DNA of 31,491 nt, from positions 1 to 31,491 of the IMG/VR virus record IMGVR_UViG_3300032239_000877. One strand, given 5' to 3'. This document shows, piece by piece, positions 1-7,694 of the stretch. A program made the translations under genes and the position numbers. The notes beneath the pieces are model-generated. The model did not search any database and had not been told where the DNA came from. It saw only the letters and a list, made by a program, of their open reading frames with translations. The stretch's first letter is position 1. Each line of letters starts with the position of its first letter. Source of the stretch: a virus. Taxonomy: Duplodnaviria > Caudoviricetes.

Positions 1-318
1 GAGAGGATTCCTCAGATAGCAACAAACCGTGTGCCAACTATTGTCCGGACGGAGATGGGGAGAGCGGCGGATCAAGGGACAAAGGCGTCCATGTTTGATA
101 GTGAAACAGTGAGTCATGTTTCGGTGATTGGGTGCGAAGCGGTGGAGGACAACTGCCCCACCTATCAGGGTATACCAACTTGCAACATCCAAAACGTGCC
201 GATTCACGACGTGGATAATTTGGAGTTCCACATAAATCATACGGGCTGCATCGTGGCATCAGGGTTCTATCAGGCGGACGGGAATCCAGCCCCACTTGAG
301 ACCAGAGAAGGCTCTTAA
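1..318 (+). CDS. C-terminal part of a MuF/SPP1 gp7-like minor head protein (truncated by window start)
   Basis: Frame 1 is open from base 1 (ERIPQIATNRVPTIVRTEMGRAADQG). It matches the MuF-type RxxTIxRTExxRA motif and has a late HINHTGC, a variant of HPNCRC. It lies upstream of the protease and capsid genes. Confidence 0.6.
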   Translation, partial: ERIPQIATNRVPTIVRTEMGRAADQGTKASMFDSETVSHVSVIGCEAVEDNCPTYQGIPTCNIQNVPIHDVDNLEFHINHTGCIVASGFYQADGNPAPLETREGS

Positions 319-347
319 TCTTTTTTGATTTTTTTTAATCTTTTCGC

Positions 348-376
348 TTGCGTTCCATACGAGCAAGGGTTACAAT
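348..376 (+). promoter_or_regulatory. sigma70-like promoter TTGCGT-N17-TACAAT
   Basis: Near-consensus hexamers preceded by phased T-tracts. The same CGCTTGCGTTCC context recurs at 7054-7065. Confidence 0.55.
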
Positions 377-469
377 GTCAGGCGTACCGATCCTGCCGTG
401 ATTCAAAAATAGTTTGATTTTTTTCTGAGGTTGGCACGGTAATTTTTCTTGCAAAGAAACGGAGATTCC

Positions 470-484
470 TTGCACGACGTGCAA
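470..484. promoter_or_regulatory. Palindrome TTGCACGNCGTGCAA, copy 1
   Basis: TTGCACGACGTGCAA; overlaps the -10 position of the promoter-like TTGCAAAGAAAC at 449. Confidence 0.8.
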
Positions 485-556
485 AAGATTTCCAACATTT
501 TTTGTTGCAAAGAAACGAAACTGTGATACCCACGCACGGTCGGAAGGTCAGAAAAG

Positions 557-634
557 TTTTTAATCTTTTTTGATCTTTTTTATTGCAAAGAAACGGAGAC
601 GGGGTAAGATGTCTCCACTATGAAAAACGAAACG
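557..634 (+). repeat. 78-bp exact direct repeat with 918-995: T-tracts, promoter TTGCAA-N16-TAAGAT and first five codons
   Basis: Base-by-base identity; both downstream ORFs begin MKNET. Confidence 0.92.
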
Positions 635-880
635 GAAGTATCTGAGGGTTTGGCAGCGGTAACGGCGGTCACTAAATTGGCGCAGCATGCTGCGTTCCTA
701 GAGGTCGAGTTCGAGAAAATGAACCGCCTATATGAGTGCATCGTAAACTTGGTTCACGATATAAACCATGCAACCCCAGACCGGAAAACGTCAGCTTGGG
801 TTGAGCTGAACCAACTCACTGACCCTACTGAGGTTCACCCCCTGAAGGTGGAATTTGGTTGGGTTCCTGACATCGACTAA
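620..880 (+). CDS. Hypothetical protein (86 aa), paralog of 2440..2706
   Basis: Follows a promoter cassette and is followed by a hairpin. Shares AWxELxxLxxPTxxHPLK with 2440..2706. Confidence 0.8.
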   Translation: MKNETEVSEGLAAVTAVTKLAQHAAFLEVEFEKMNRLYECIVNLVHDINHATPDRKTSAWVELNQLTDPTEVHPLKVEFGWVPDID

Positions 881-889
881 GAAACCATC

Positions 890-912
890 AGGGAGGGCTA
901 ACCACCCTCCCT
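890..912 (+). terminator. Stem-loop, probable intrinsic terminator
   Basis: AGGGAGGG-CTAACCA-CCCTCCCT just after the stop codon, then T-tracts. Related hairpins at 1244 and 3071. Confidence 0.65.
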
Positions 913-917
913 AAAAC

Positions 918-995
918 TTTTTAATCTTTTTTGATCTTTTTTATTGCAAAGAAACGGAGACGGGGTAAGATGTCTCCACTATGAAAAACGAAACG
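918..995 (+). repeat. Second copy of the 78-bp promoter cassette repeat
   Basis: Identical to 557-634. Confidence 0.92.
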
Positions 996-1229
996 AACTG
1001 GGAACTGGTAGCGAAGAAAGCAGCAAAAGCTTCTGAGCCAAAAAAGAAGGGCATGAGCGATGGGGTGAAATCAGCGTTGGCTATCGCCCAACTTAAAACC
1101 ACTGCCGCTAAGATGACACGGCTCCTGAAAGACCTCGAAGGGGACGAAGCAGATTATCAGTACGTATGCAATAATAACCTCCCAGCTCTGCTGAAGGATA
1201 TTGAATCAACCTTAGCCAGCTTGAAGTAA
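981..1229 (+). CDS. Hypothetical protein (82 aa)
   Basis: ORF between a promoter cassette and a hairpin. Confidence 0.8.
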   Translation: MKNETNWELVAKKAAKASEPKKKGMSDGVKSALAIAQLKTTAAKMTRLLKDLEGDEADYQYVCNNNLPALLKDIESTLASLK

Positions 1230-1243
1230 CTCGATCAGAATCA

Positions 1244-1264
1244 GGAGGGTGTGACAGGCCCTCC
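1244..1264 (+). terminator. Stem-loop, probable terminator
   Basis: GGAGGG...CCCTCC followed by GGTTATTTT. Confidence 0.6.
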
Positions 1265-1331
1265 GGTTATTTTAATCTTTTTTCATTATTTTTCTTGCAA
1301 AGAAACGAAACCCTGCGAAACTCCAAACATG
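1259..1331 (+). repeat. 73-bp near-identical repeat with 3086-3158 (promoter cassette ending at ATG)
   Basis: 4 mismatches over 73 bp; contains TTGCAA-N16-GAAACT-N6-ATG. Confidence 0.88.
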
Positions 1332-1811
1332 GCAACGAAAGTAACTATCAAGAACCTCAGTCAGCTTTTCACCTTCATCGGCGGGAAGGAGTTCATCCGG
1401 CGTGCTGGGTTCGACCAGAACTCACGAATCGTTCGGGAGGAAGGCAAAATCTTTTTGATGAGTAATGGACGCCCACTGATGACACTGAGCCTCACGAAGG
1501 ACAGGGTGGTGGTTGGCTCCTGCCCTTACCCCCGTGGCTGGGATGTCACTGAGTTCGACATCGACGGCAGGGGCGTAGTGGAGTGGATCATCGAAGTTGC
1601 GAAGATCAAAAATATCCTCCCCAGCACGTCCATACGGGTACTCACGCTGGGTGCGATGTCTGACAAGGTGGAGTTGGCGGCGAAGTTCGCTAAGGCCGCA
1701 GACGACTCCCTTACCGGAGTGCTTGATAAGGAAATGTCACCGGAGGTTAGGGCTACGCTCCAGTGGTTGATGGAAACCAATAAGGCGTTGCTCGCCAAAT
1801 TAAATTCCTAA
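1329..1811 (+). CDS. Hypothetical protein (160 aa, start revised to MATKVTIK)
   Basis: The ORF-track extension from 1251 reads through the hairpin and promoter. ATG 1329 is 34 nt from the start of the -35, as in other cassettes. Confidence 0.8.
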   Translation: MATKVTIKNLSQLFTFIGGKEFIRRAGFDQNSRIVREEGKIFLMSNGRPLMTLSLTKDRVVVGSCPYPRGWDVTEFDIDGRGVVEWIIEVAKIKNILPSTSIRVLTLGAMSDKVELAAKFAKAADDSLTGVLDKEMSPEVRATLQWLMETNKALLAKLNS

Positions 1812-1879
1812 CATTTTTATTGCAAAGGAACGGAATTATGCTAAACGGCGAAACACATCAGGAGCCGGAACGGAACTGG

Positions 1880-2053
1880 ATGCCGACGAAGGAAGAACTC
1901 AAGAAGGCAGACTGGAAAGTTCTGGTTCATATTAAGGATACCACCTTAGGGGCGCAGCTTAGGGCTGCTGTGGTAAGTGAACTCAATAAGCGGGTTGTGA
2001 CTGCCAACGGTCTGAATAAGGGGAGTGCGTACCCACTGCCATTATTTTCTTAA
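1880..2053 (+). CDS. Hypothetical protein (about 57 aa; start could be 1838)
   Basis: Open frame after a variant promoter TTGCAAAGGAAC at 1820. The TTG start in the ORF track is the -35 box. Confidence 0.55.
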   Translation: MPTKEELKKADWKVLVHIKDTTLGAQLRAAVVSELNKRVVTANGLNKGSAYPLPLFS

Positions 2054-2070
2054 TCTTTTTCATTATTTTG

Positions 2071-2098
2071 TTGCAAAGAAACCGAACTAGGCTACCTT
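2071..2098 (+). promoter_or_regulatory. Promoter TTGCAA-N16-TACCTT (leaderless type)
   Basis: Same cassette motif; ATG 2105 follows after 6 nt. Confidence 0.7.
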
Positions 2099-2104
2099 GA
2101 AAAC

Positions 2105-2428
2105 ATGAAAGCAACTAAGCGGATGGAAAACATCGTAGGAACCAGCCTCGTCGGCTACCTCACCCTAACATCGGAACAACTCACTAACCTCCTCGGAGAA
2201 CCAACCACTTTCAGCGGAGGGAAGTGCAGCAAGATGTGGATCGCAGACTTCGATGGCAAAATCGCCACTATTTACGATCACAAGAGCGAAGGGTTCGACG
2301 AATGTTTCTGGGAGGAGTACCGCTTCCATGTGGGTTCCCATGATGAGTCTGTCCTCCCTCTTCTCGAAAAAGCTTTTGTAGGAATCGGAACAGTAACCAG
2401 CCTTCGGGCAGAACTCGGATTAGTCTAA
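2105..2428 (+). CDS. Conserved phage hypothetical protein (107 aa)
   Basis: The pattern GTSLxGY...LGEP...W...ATIYDxK...FHVG resembles a recurrent small phage protein of unknown function. Confidence 0.8.
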   Translation: MKATKRMENIVGTSLVGYLTLTSEQLTNLLGEPTTFSGGKCSKMWIADFDGKIATIYDHKSEGFDECFWEEYRFHVGSHDESVLPLLEKAFVGIGTVTSLRAELGLV

Positions 2429-2439
2429 ACCAACACAAC

Positions 2440-2706
2440 ATGAACGCCACCCTAGCGAGTACGAAAACACCGGAAGAAGTGAAAACATCCCGCCTCCAGT
2501 CGGAGGTGGGATCACTTGAGAAAAAAGTTGACAAGCGGAATGAAGTTATCGAGCGAACCGCATTTCTTGTGCGAGAGATGATTGAGTTTCCATCTTCCTC
2601 GGAGAGGTGGAAGAAAGCATGGTGGGAACTGTCGGCACTGTACTGCCCAACCTCCCATCATCCGCTGAAAGGAAATTTGCACGACGTGCAAAATACTGGA
2701 CTTTAA
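2440..2706 (+). CDS. Hypothetical protein (88 aa), paralog of 620..880
   Basis: Coiled-coil-like N-terminus then AWWELSALYCPTSHHPLK. Confidence 0.75.
   Translation: MNATLASTKTPEEVKTSRLQSEVGSLEKKVDKRNEVIERTAFLVREMIEFPSSSERWKKAWWELSALYCPTSHHPLKGNLHDVQNTGL
2677..2691. promoter_or_regulatory. Palindrome copy 2
   Basis: TTGCACGACGTGCAA in the last codons of 2440..2706, about 65 bp upstream of a promoter. Confidence 0.8.
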
Positions 2707-2755
2707 CCAGTTCCGGAGGATCAAAAGATTTTTTAATTTTTTTTGATCTTTTTTA

Positions 2756-2783
2756 TTGCAAAGAAACGGGGAGGAGTTATCTT
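2756..2783 (+). promoter_or_regulatory. Promoter TTGCAA-N16-TATCTT (leaderless type)
   Basis: Cassette motif with T-tracts; ATG 2790 follows after 6 nt. Confidence 0.7.
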
Positions 2784-2789
2784 TCTACC

Positions 2790-3059
2790 ATGAGCAAGAC
2801 CTCCTCCTCCGAAACCTACTTTGAAACCCTCGGTGCTGCCCTCGCAGCACACATCGCTAAGGTTGAATCCTTGGGCGGAGTGTTCGAGGACAACACGGAA
2901 GAAATGTACTGCTTCTTCCCTCCGGTGTCCTACGGGCAGACCCAGTACGACCACCGTGCGTTGGCGACCTACAAAGGGAAGGGCACTAAGAAGTACGCCC
3001 ACGCCGCAATCTACCGGATGGAAACAGGACGCTACGAACTCACCTCGTACATCGCCTAA
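2790..3059 (+). CDS. Conserved phage hypothetical protein (89 aa, start revised to MSKTSS)
   Basis: C-terminal IYRMETGRYELTSYI resembles a recurrent phage motif. Start fixed by cassette geometry. Confidence 0.8.
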   Translation: MSKTSSSETYFETLGAALAAHIAKVESLGGVFEDNTEEMYCFFPPVSYGQTQYDHRALATYKGKGTKKYAHAAIYRMETGRYELTSYIA

Positions 3060-3070
3060 GCGGTCAGGTT

Positions 3071-3093
3071 CCGGAGGGCTAACCACCCTCCGG
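3071..3093 (+). terminator. Stem-loop, probable terminator
   Basis: CCGGAGGG-CTAACCA-CCCTCCGG then TTATTTT; same loop as the hairpin at 890. Confidence 0.7.
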
Positions 3094-3158
3094 TTATTTT
3101 AATCTTTTTTCATTATTTTTCTTGTAAAGAAACGAAACCCTGAGAAACTTCAAATATG
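3086..3158 (+). repeat. Second copy of the 73-bp promoter cassette repeat
   Basis: Near-identical to 1259-1331; TTGTAA-N16-GAAACT-N6-ATG. Confidence 0.88.
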
Positions 3159-3353
3159 TTCAACGTAAAAGCTTCCACCTTCCTGAAACACAACCCACCC
3201 GCCGAGGCTGCTGTCCCAGCCTTGAAGTTCATGTTCGAGGAGAATCGCAAAGAGAAACTTCGCAACATCTTCGATATGCTTGCCAACCACGGCATGACAA
3301 TCGTGGACGGTCAGCTTGTTGAAATGTGGGCAGATGACGAATCAGAGGACTAA
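3156..3353 (+). CDS. Hypothetical protein (65 aa, acidic C-terminus)
   Basis: Starts at the cassette-defined ATG. Confidence 0.75.
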   Translation: MFNVKASTFLKHNPPAEAAVPALKFMFEENRKEKLRNIFDMLANHGMTIVDGQLVEMWADDESED

Positions 3354-3373
3354 CCTTCAATCGAATCACTGAG

Positions 3374-3568
3374 ATGAGAATCGTCAAATCGACCAAGGCA
3401 GGCTGGGAGAAGATTGGGAAAAGCCACTACCGCAAGAACGGGGTGGAGGTGAGGCGGGGCGGGAGTGGTTGGGAGGTTACTGGGGGCGCATCCTGCGGGT
3501 ACGTCTACGGGACGATGTGGGCGGCAATGGATGCGGCGGACAGAACGCCAACTTACTTCGCCAAATAA
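3374..3568 (+). CDS. Hypothetical protein (64 aa)
   Basis: Fills the gap between 3353 and the next cassette. Confidence 0.7.
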   Translation: MRIVKSTKAGWEKIGKSHYRKNGVEVRRGGSGWEVTGGASCGYVYGTMWAAMDAADRTPTYFAK

Positions 3569-3592
3569 TTTTAATCTTTTTGATCTTTTTTA

Positions 3593-3620
3593 TTGCAAAG
3601 AAACGAATCTCTGCGAATAT
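3593..3620 (+). promoter_or_regulatory. Promoter TTGCAA-N16-GAATAT (leaderless type)
   Basis: Cassette motif; ATG 3627 follows after 6 nt. Confidence 0.65.
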
Positions 3621-3626
3621 CGAAAC

Positions 3627-3839
3627 ATGAAAGCGACCACTTTGAAATCCGTACTAAGCGCAGCGTGTAAGAGAGCAGGGCTTCGCCTTACCAAAGATTG
3701 GGCGGCAGAGCTGATGCCGGACATGATAAAGCGGTGCGAGGAGATCAAGGTTCGCACACGTCGTGAGGCGTATGAGACGGCAGTGTACGACATCCTCCAC
3801 ATGCCTGTTAGCTGGGCAGATAAAACACAACCTTTCTAA
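3627..3839 (+). CDS. Hypothetical protein (70 aa, start revised to MKATTLK)
   Basis: ATG is 34 nt from the -35; the upstream ORF-track extension overlaps the previous gene and the promoter. Confidence 0.75.
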   Translation: MKATTLKSVLSAACKRAGLRLTKDWAAELMPDMIKRCEEIKVRTRREAYETAVYDILHMPVSWADKTQPF

Positions 3840-3842
3840 TCA

Positions 3843-4082
3843 ATGACTGAGCAACTAAAACAACTGGCGAAGAAGGGGCTTGACCTTCACGAAATGACGG
3901 AATGGGAGTTCAGCCGTGCGGTGATGTTCGGGGCGCAGGCGGGGGAGTTCCGTGGGCCTAGTGACGTGTTCACTACCGAGGAGTTAATCACGATTCACAA
4001 CAGTGCGTCATTCGTCCGGTGGGGGCTGTCATCGAAAATGTGGCTCATGGGGGCGTTCGATTTGGTGGGGGCGCAGGACTGA
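3843..4082 (+). CDS. Hypothetical protein (79 aa)
   Basis: Starts 3 nt after the upstream stop codon. Confidence 0.7.
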   Translation: MTEQLKQLAKKGLDLHEMTEWEFSRAVMFGAQAGEFRGPSDVFTTEELITIHNSASFVRWGLSSKMWLMGAFDLVGAQD

Positions 4083-4085
4083 AAT

Positions 4086-4100
4086 TTGCACGGCGTGCAA
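4086..4100. promoter_or_regulatory. Palindrome copy 3
   Basis: ATTTGCACGGCGTGCAAAT (symmetry extends 4084-4102), just after the stop codon and upstream of the protease promoter. Confidence 0.8.
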
Positions 4101-4132
4101 ATAGTTTGATCTTTTTGTTAGTTGGTTATCGC

Positions 4133-4160
4133 TTGAAAGGGCGAGCGTCCTCAGTAGGAT
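4133..4160 (+). promoter_or_regulatory. Promoter TTGAAA-N16-TAGGAT (leaderless type)
   Basis: ATG 4167 follows after 6 nt, the same geometry as the cassette promoters. Confidence 0.65.
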
Positions 4161-4166
4161 GCGCCC

Positions 4167-5111
4167 ATGAGCGTCTTCAAAATTGTCAAGGCCCCAGAGC
4201 GGGTGTGGTCACGTAAAGGTGGGGTTCTGACCCCAGTTGCTCCCTCTTATCAGAAGGCGGCAGCGGTGCCAGCTCCGAATAAAAAGTCAGTAAGCCCACT
4301 GGTAGGGAAGACGGTGTTCTTCCGAAGGGGCGCAGACTCCCAGATGATTGCTGGCGTGGTGAGTAAGCTGGAAGGCTCTACAGCGACCGTCAAACTCTGC
4401 CTTCCCAACACAGACGGTGTGCTGGTGATGTCTCAGGGGAGTGAGCTGAGCGTTCCGGAACATTCCCTTATGGTAGTGGATGCCATTGTGCTGAAGGATA
4501 GGGACGTAAAGGCATACAGCGAGGCGGCTCCGATTACTGTTACCAGCAAAGCCGTCGCCGTCGTCGATTCTGATGAGGAGAACGGCAGAATTTGCGATTA
4601 CCAAGATGTCACGTTTTCGGGGATGGCGAGTACGTTCCAGAATGTCACTCCGGAAGATCGTGATGGGGATTACATCCTGCCAACTGCGTTCGGGAAATGG
4701 CTGAATGAGTTCCGTAGAAACCCTGTGCTTTTGACTGACCACAGCCGGAGTGTGAAGAACCTTATGGGGCATTACCCAAAGGTGAATGTGATTGCGAACA
4801 AAGGGTTGGCGGTGGATGGGTTTGTGACTAACTCCCCACACCCAGATGCGAAGCACCTGCGCTTTCAACTTGTAGAAAAATCGCTAAAGACGCTGAGCAT
4901 TGGGGGTTCGTTTTTCTACATGGATGACATGCGAGGGATTGAGGAAATCCGCCTTCACGAAATCAGCTTGGTGGTGATCCCTGCCAACCCTGACGCTGAG
5001 ATTGTCACTCTAGCGTTGACCGGAGAACATGCGGAAAAGGCGTTTCAAATGCACACGTCACAGCATGGCGGCGAAGTTCGTGCGGGGATTAAGATGAAAA
5101 ATCTTTCTTGA
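4167..5111 (+). CDS. HK97-type prohead protease (peptidase S78) with N-terminal extension
   Basis: Motifs FSGMASTF, DRDGDYILPTAF, PVLLTDH, LSIGG, LHEISLVVIPANPDA; directly upstream of the capsid gene. Confidence 0.92.
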   Translation: MSVFKIVKAPERVWSRKGGVLTPVAPSYQKAAAVPAPNKKSVSPLVGKTVFFRRGADSQMIAGVVSKLEGSTATVKLCLPNTDGVLVMSQGSELSVPEHSLMVVDAIVLKDRDVKAYSEAAPITVTSKAVAVVDSDEENGRICDYQDVTFSGMASTFQNVTPEDRDGDYILPTAFGKWLNEFRRNPVLLTDHSRSVKNLMGHYPKVNVIANKGLAVDGFVTNSPHPDAKHLRFQLVEKSLKTLSIGGSFFYMDDMRGIEEIRLHEISLVVIPANPDAEIVTLALTGEHAEKAFQMHTSQHGGEVRAGIKMKNLS

Positions 5112-5228
5112 CGGTCAAAACCTGCCATGTGAGTCTCCGCCATCAATTTCTCCTCAAGCGTCTCCTCTTGTGAGGTGTACTCGCCAGCAGAAAGCCAAAC
5201 GATAAACTGATAGTTATCCAAATCACCC

Positions 5229-6953
5229 ATGACACTAAAAGAAAAATTGCGGTTGGCTCTGCTGAGTGCAAAAGCCGCTCGTACAGCCGAAGAACAGACT
5301 GAACTTGATGCGCTAACCGCTCAGGCTAAGGCTGCTAACCTTGATGCAGCTAACATTGCCAAGGAGTTCGCTCCTGATGCAGATGCCTCGAATGATGATG
5401 CGGGAAAAGGCGTCACCGATGCTGAACTCAAGTCCCTTATCGAAGGTGCTGTCGCTAAGGCGATCCCTCAGGGTTCCGGTGTTGACACTGCCGCAGTGAT
5501 TAAGGAAATCCGCGAAGCAGGAAAAGGTGCTAAGGGCATCACCGTCGAAGACGTTGAAGCTACGATGAAGAAGCACTTGGGCGGGACTTCCATCGACAAA
5601 GATGCCTTGGTTGCTGAAATCAAAAAGCTCATGCCTGCTGCCGGAATCACTGGCAAGGAGTTGGCTGAAGCTCTCGACAATTTTGCGAAGTCTGTCCGTC
5701 AGCCTTCCAAGATGGCGTTCGACAATGGGTTCTCGAATGAGTTCCCTTGTGAGCATCGTTCTGGAAACTTGACGGTGGCCCAGAAACAGCTCCTCAACCT
5801 GTGTGTGATGAACACGTCGGACGAGGCTAAGGCTGAGTCGGTCAAGCAGAATGGTGGTCGTGCGCTTGCTAAGAGCATTAACGATGGCATCACTGAAGAA
5901 CAGCTATCTGCCGCTCGCGCATCCGGTGAAGCTCGCCTCAAGAGCCTTCGCAACTCTATCGTATACGGGGGCAAAACCCTGACGGCTACGGGAGTAGGAA
6001 CGGGACGTGAGTTGGTGCCCACCGACTTGTCCTCTGACCTTCAGGCCCGTATGTATCTGGAATCCATGTTGGCTGCTGAGATGCTTGCATCTGAGATCAA
6101 CATGCCAACCCAGCCGTTCGAGTTCCCGATGACGACGACTCGCCCCAACTTCTACATTGGTGGTGAGGCTCCTACTGACGCTGACCTCCTGTATTCCGAC
6201 ACCGGAACTGGCAAGATCACTCTCGACGCCAAGAAGCTTATTGGTATTTCCGAGTACAGCTACGAAGCAGACGAAGACTCGATCATTGCTGTCCTTCCGA
6301 TGATTCAGGAACAGCTCGGCTCCGGTGCTGCTGATGCGTTCGAGGGTGCCCTTATCAACGGGGATACCACTGCGACCCATCAAGATAGCGACATCGCTGC
6401 TGTCTCCGCGCACTCCGCGAAGATGTTCAAAGGATTCCGTAAGTATGCGCTTGCCGGAAACCTCAAGGTTGATCTCTCCACTGGAGGCATCTCCGCTGAC
6501 AACATCGTTGCGATGCGTAAGAAGCTGAAGCGTTGGGGCATCCGCCCTGCTGACCTCATCTTGCTCGTTGGGCCTCAGGGCTACAATGACTTGGTGAACC
6601 TCGACGAAACCCTCACTTGGGAAAAAGTCGGGAACCAAGCCGCTGCTCGCATCCTGACTGGTGAGGCTTCCTCCATCTTCGGTATCCGCATCGTTGTTAG
6701 CTCTCAGGTTCGTGAGGACTTGAACGCTAACGGCGTCTATGATGGCACAACGACCACTAAGGGTTCGATGTTGCTCGTTCATAAACCGTCGTGGATGGTC
6801 GGTTCCCGTCGTGGGTTCACTGTTGAAGTTGAAACTTGGAAGAAACGCCAAATCAACTCGATCATCGCTTCCTTCCGTCGTGCGTTCACTCCGAAAGAAA
6901 CTCCGTCCTTGGCACTGCCAAGCGTTGTTCTCGGATACAACTACACGGCATAA
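5229..6953 (+). CDS. Major capsid protein (HK97 fold) with long N-terminal scaffold region
   Basis: Ala/Lys helical N-terminus, then KTLTATGVGTGRELVPTDLS, ITLDAKKLIG, ALINGD, IFGIRIVVS; follows the protease. Confidence 0.93.
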   Translation: MTLKEKLRLALLSAKAARTAEEQTELDALTAQAKAANLDAANIAKEFAPDADASNDDAGKGVTDAELKSLIEGAVAKAIPQGSGVDTAAVIKEIREAGKGAKGITVEDVEATMKKHLGGTSIDKDALVAEIKKLMPAAGITGKELAEALDNFAKSVRQPSKMAFDNGFSNEFPCEHRSGNLTVAQKQLLNLCVMNTSDEAKAESVKQNGGRALAKSINDGITEEQLSAARASGEARLKSLRNSIVYGGKTLTATGVGTGRELVPTDLSSDLQARMYLESMLAAEMLASEINMPTQPFEFPMTTTRPNFYIGGEAPTDADLLYSDTGTGKITLDAKKLIGISEYSYEADEDSIIAVLPMIQEQLGSGAADAFEGALINGDTTATHQDSDIAAVSAHSAKMFKGFRKYALAGNLKVDLSTGGISADNIVAMRKKLKRWGIRPADLILLVGPQGYNDLVNLDETLTWEKVGNQAAARILTGEASSIFGIRIVVSSQVREDLNANGVYDGTTTTKGSMLLVHKPSWMVGSRRGFTVEVETWKKRQINSIIASFRRAFTPKETPSLALPSVVLGYNYTA

Positions 6954-7000
6954 GCTCAAAGCTTCTGCCTGATAAGCCGCCCTCTTAGAGGGTAGAAAGA

Positions 7001-7034
7001 GGCTGGTCTTCCTAACGGGAGGCCAGCTTTCTTT
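7001..7034 (+). terminator. Intrinsic terminator after the capsid gene
   Basis: GGCTGGTCTTCC-TAAC-GGGAGGCCAGCT followed by TTCTTT. Confidence 0.8.
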
Positions 7035-7036
7035 AT

Positions 7037-7051
7037 TTGCACGTCGTGCAA
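7037..7051. promoter_or_regulatory. Palindrome copy 4
   Basis: TTGCACGTCGTGCAA between the terminator and a candidate promoter TTGCGT-N17-TAAGGT (7057-7085). Confidence 0.8.
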
Positions 7052-7107
7052 ACCGCTTGCGTTCCTTTGGCGGGGACAATAAGGTGCCGTGAAATAGCGA
7101 CAACTTT

Positions 7108-7689
7108 ATGAAGAAAGTACAGTATCAGGGCGGTGATCTAACTTTAGGGCGGTTCGGTGAGGTATCCTCAGGGGCAGTTCTCGATCTATACGAAAGCGAA
7201 TGGGATGAAGTTAAGGGTAACCCTGACTTCAAGCTGCTGACTCCGGTGCCCAGTAAAAGTGAGCGGGAGATTGCGGAGAGGATCGCACCTGTAGGGCACC
7301 AGATTTTTGACCTGCGCTTGATTCCTTGGGAGAATAAGAACCTCGGGCGGGTGCTGACAGCCCGTATGTCGAAGCAATCCCTCCTTCGCGTGGTGGACGC
7401 CATTAACCATATAGGGGGCGTGGTTGAGCCGAGTACGATTCACGATTGCCGAAACATGTTGGTGGATAGAATCCTCACTGCGTCTAGGGCTATGAACTGG
7501 GCTAGGTTCACGAAGGATGAGCGGTTAGCCTTAGGCTCTTTCGACAACGGTGAGGTGGATGTAGCGGAGGAGGCGGAAAAACCCCAAGACGAGGCTCCTG
7601 AGGAGTCAGGGGCGGAGGAAATCCGTCAGGCTTCGGAAAGGAAGGTTGCCAGAGCCAGAAATCGGGATCAAAAGGTGTCCGCTAATTGA
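7108..7689 (+). CDS. Hypothetical protein (193 aa, charged C-terminus)
   Basis: Long ORF downstream of the capsid gene; no recognisable family. Confidence 0.75.
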   Translation: MKKVQYQGGDLTLGRFGEVSSGAVLDLYESEWDEVKGNPDFKLLTPVPSKSEREIAERIAPVGHQIFDLRLIPWENKNLGRVLTARMSKQSLLRVVDAINHIGGVVEPSTIHDCRNMLVDRILTASRAMNWARFTKDERLALGSFDNGEVDVAEEAEKPQDEAPEESGAEEIRQASERKVARARNRDQKVSAN

Positions 7690-7694
7690 AACTT

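Noticed and set aside
202-216. Extra palindrome-like sites (ATTCACGACGTGGAT here; CACGTCGTG at 3757-3765)
   Set aside because: Only the 9-bp core matches, both are inside coding sequence, and the TTG/CAA arms are missing.
440-3630. Repeated motif array as a CRISPR array
   Set aside because: Spacing is irregular (about 55-700 bp), the intervals contain ORFs, the repeats look like promoters, and no cas genes are present.
5112-5228. Structured ncRNA or riboswitch in the capsid leader
   Set aside because: Only a modest hairpin (CCTCA...TGAGG) and a possible promoter are visible; no recognisable RNA family.
5904-7103. 399-aa minus-strand ORF
   Set aside because: Antisense shadow of the capsid gene with no recognisable motifs.
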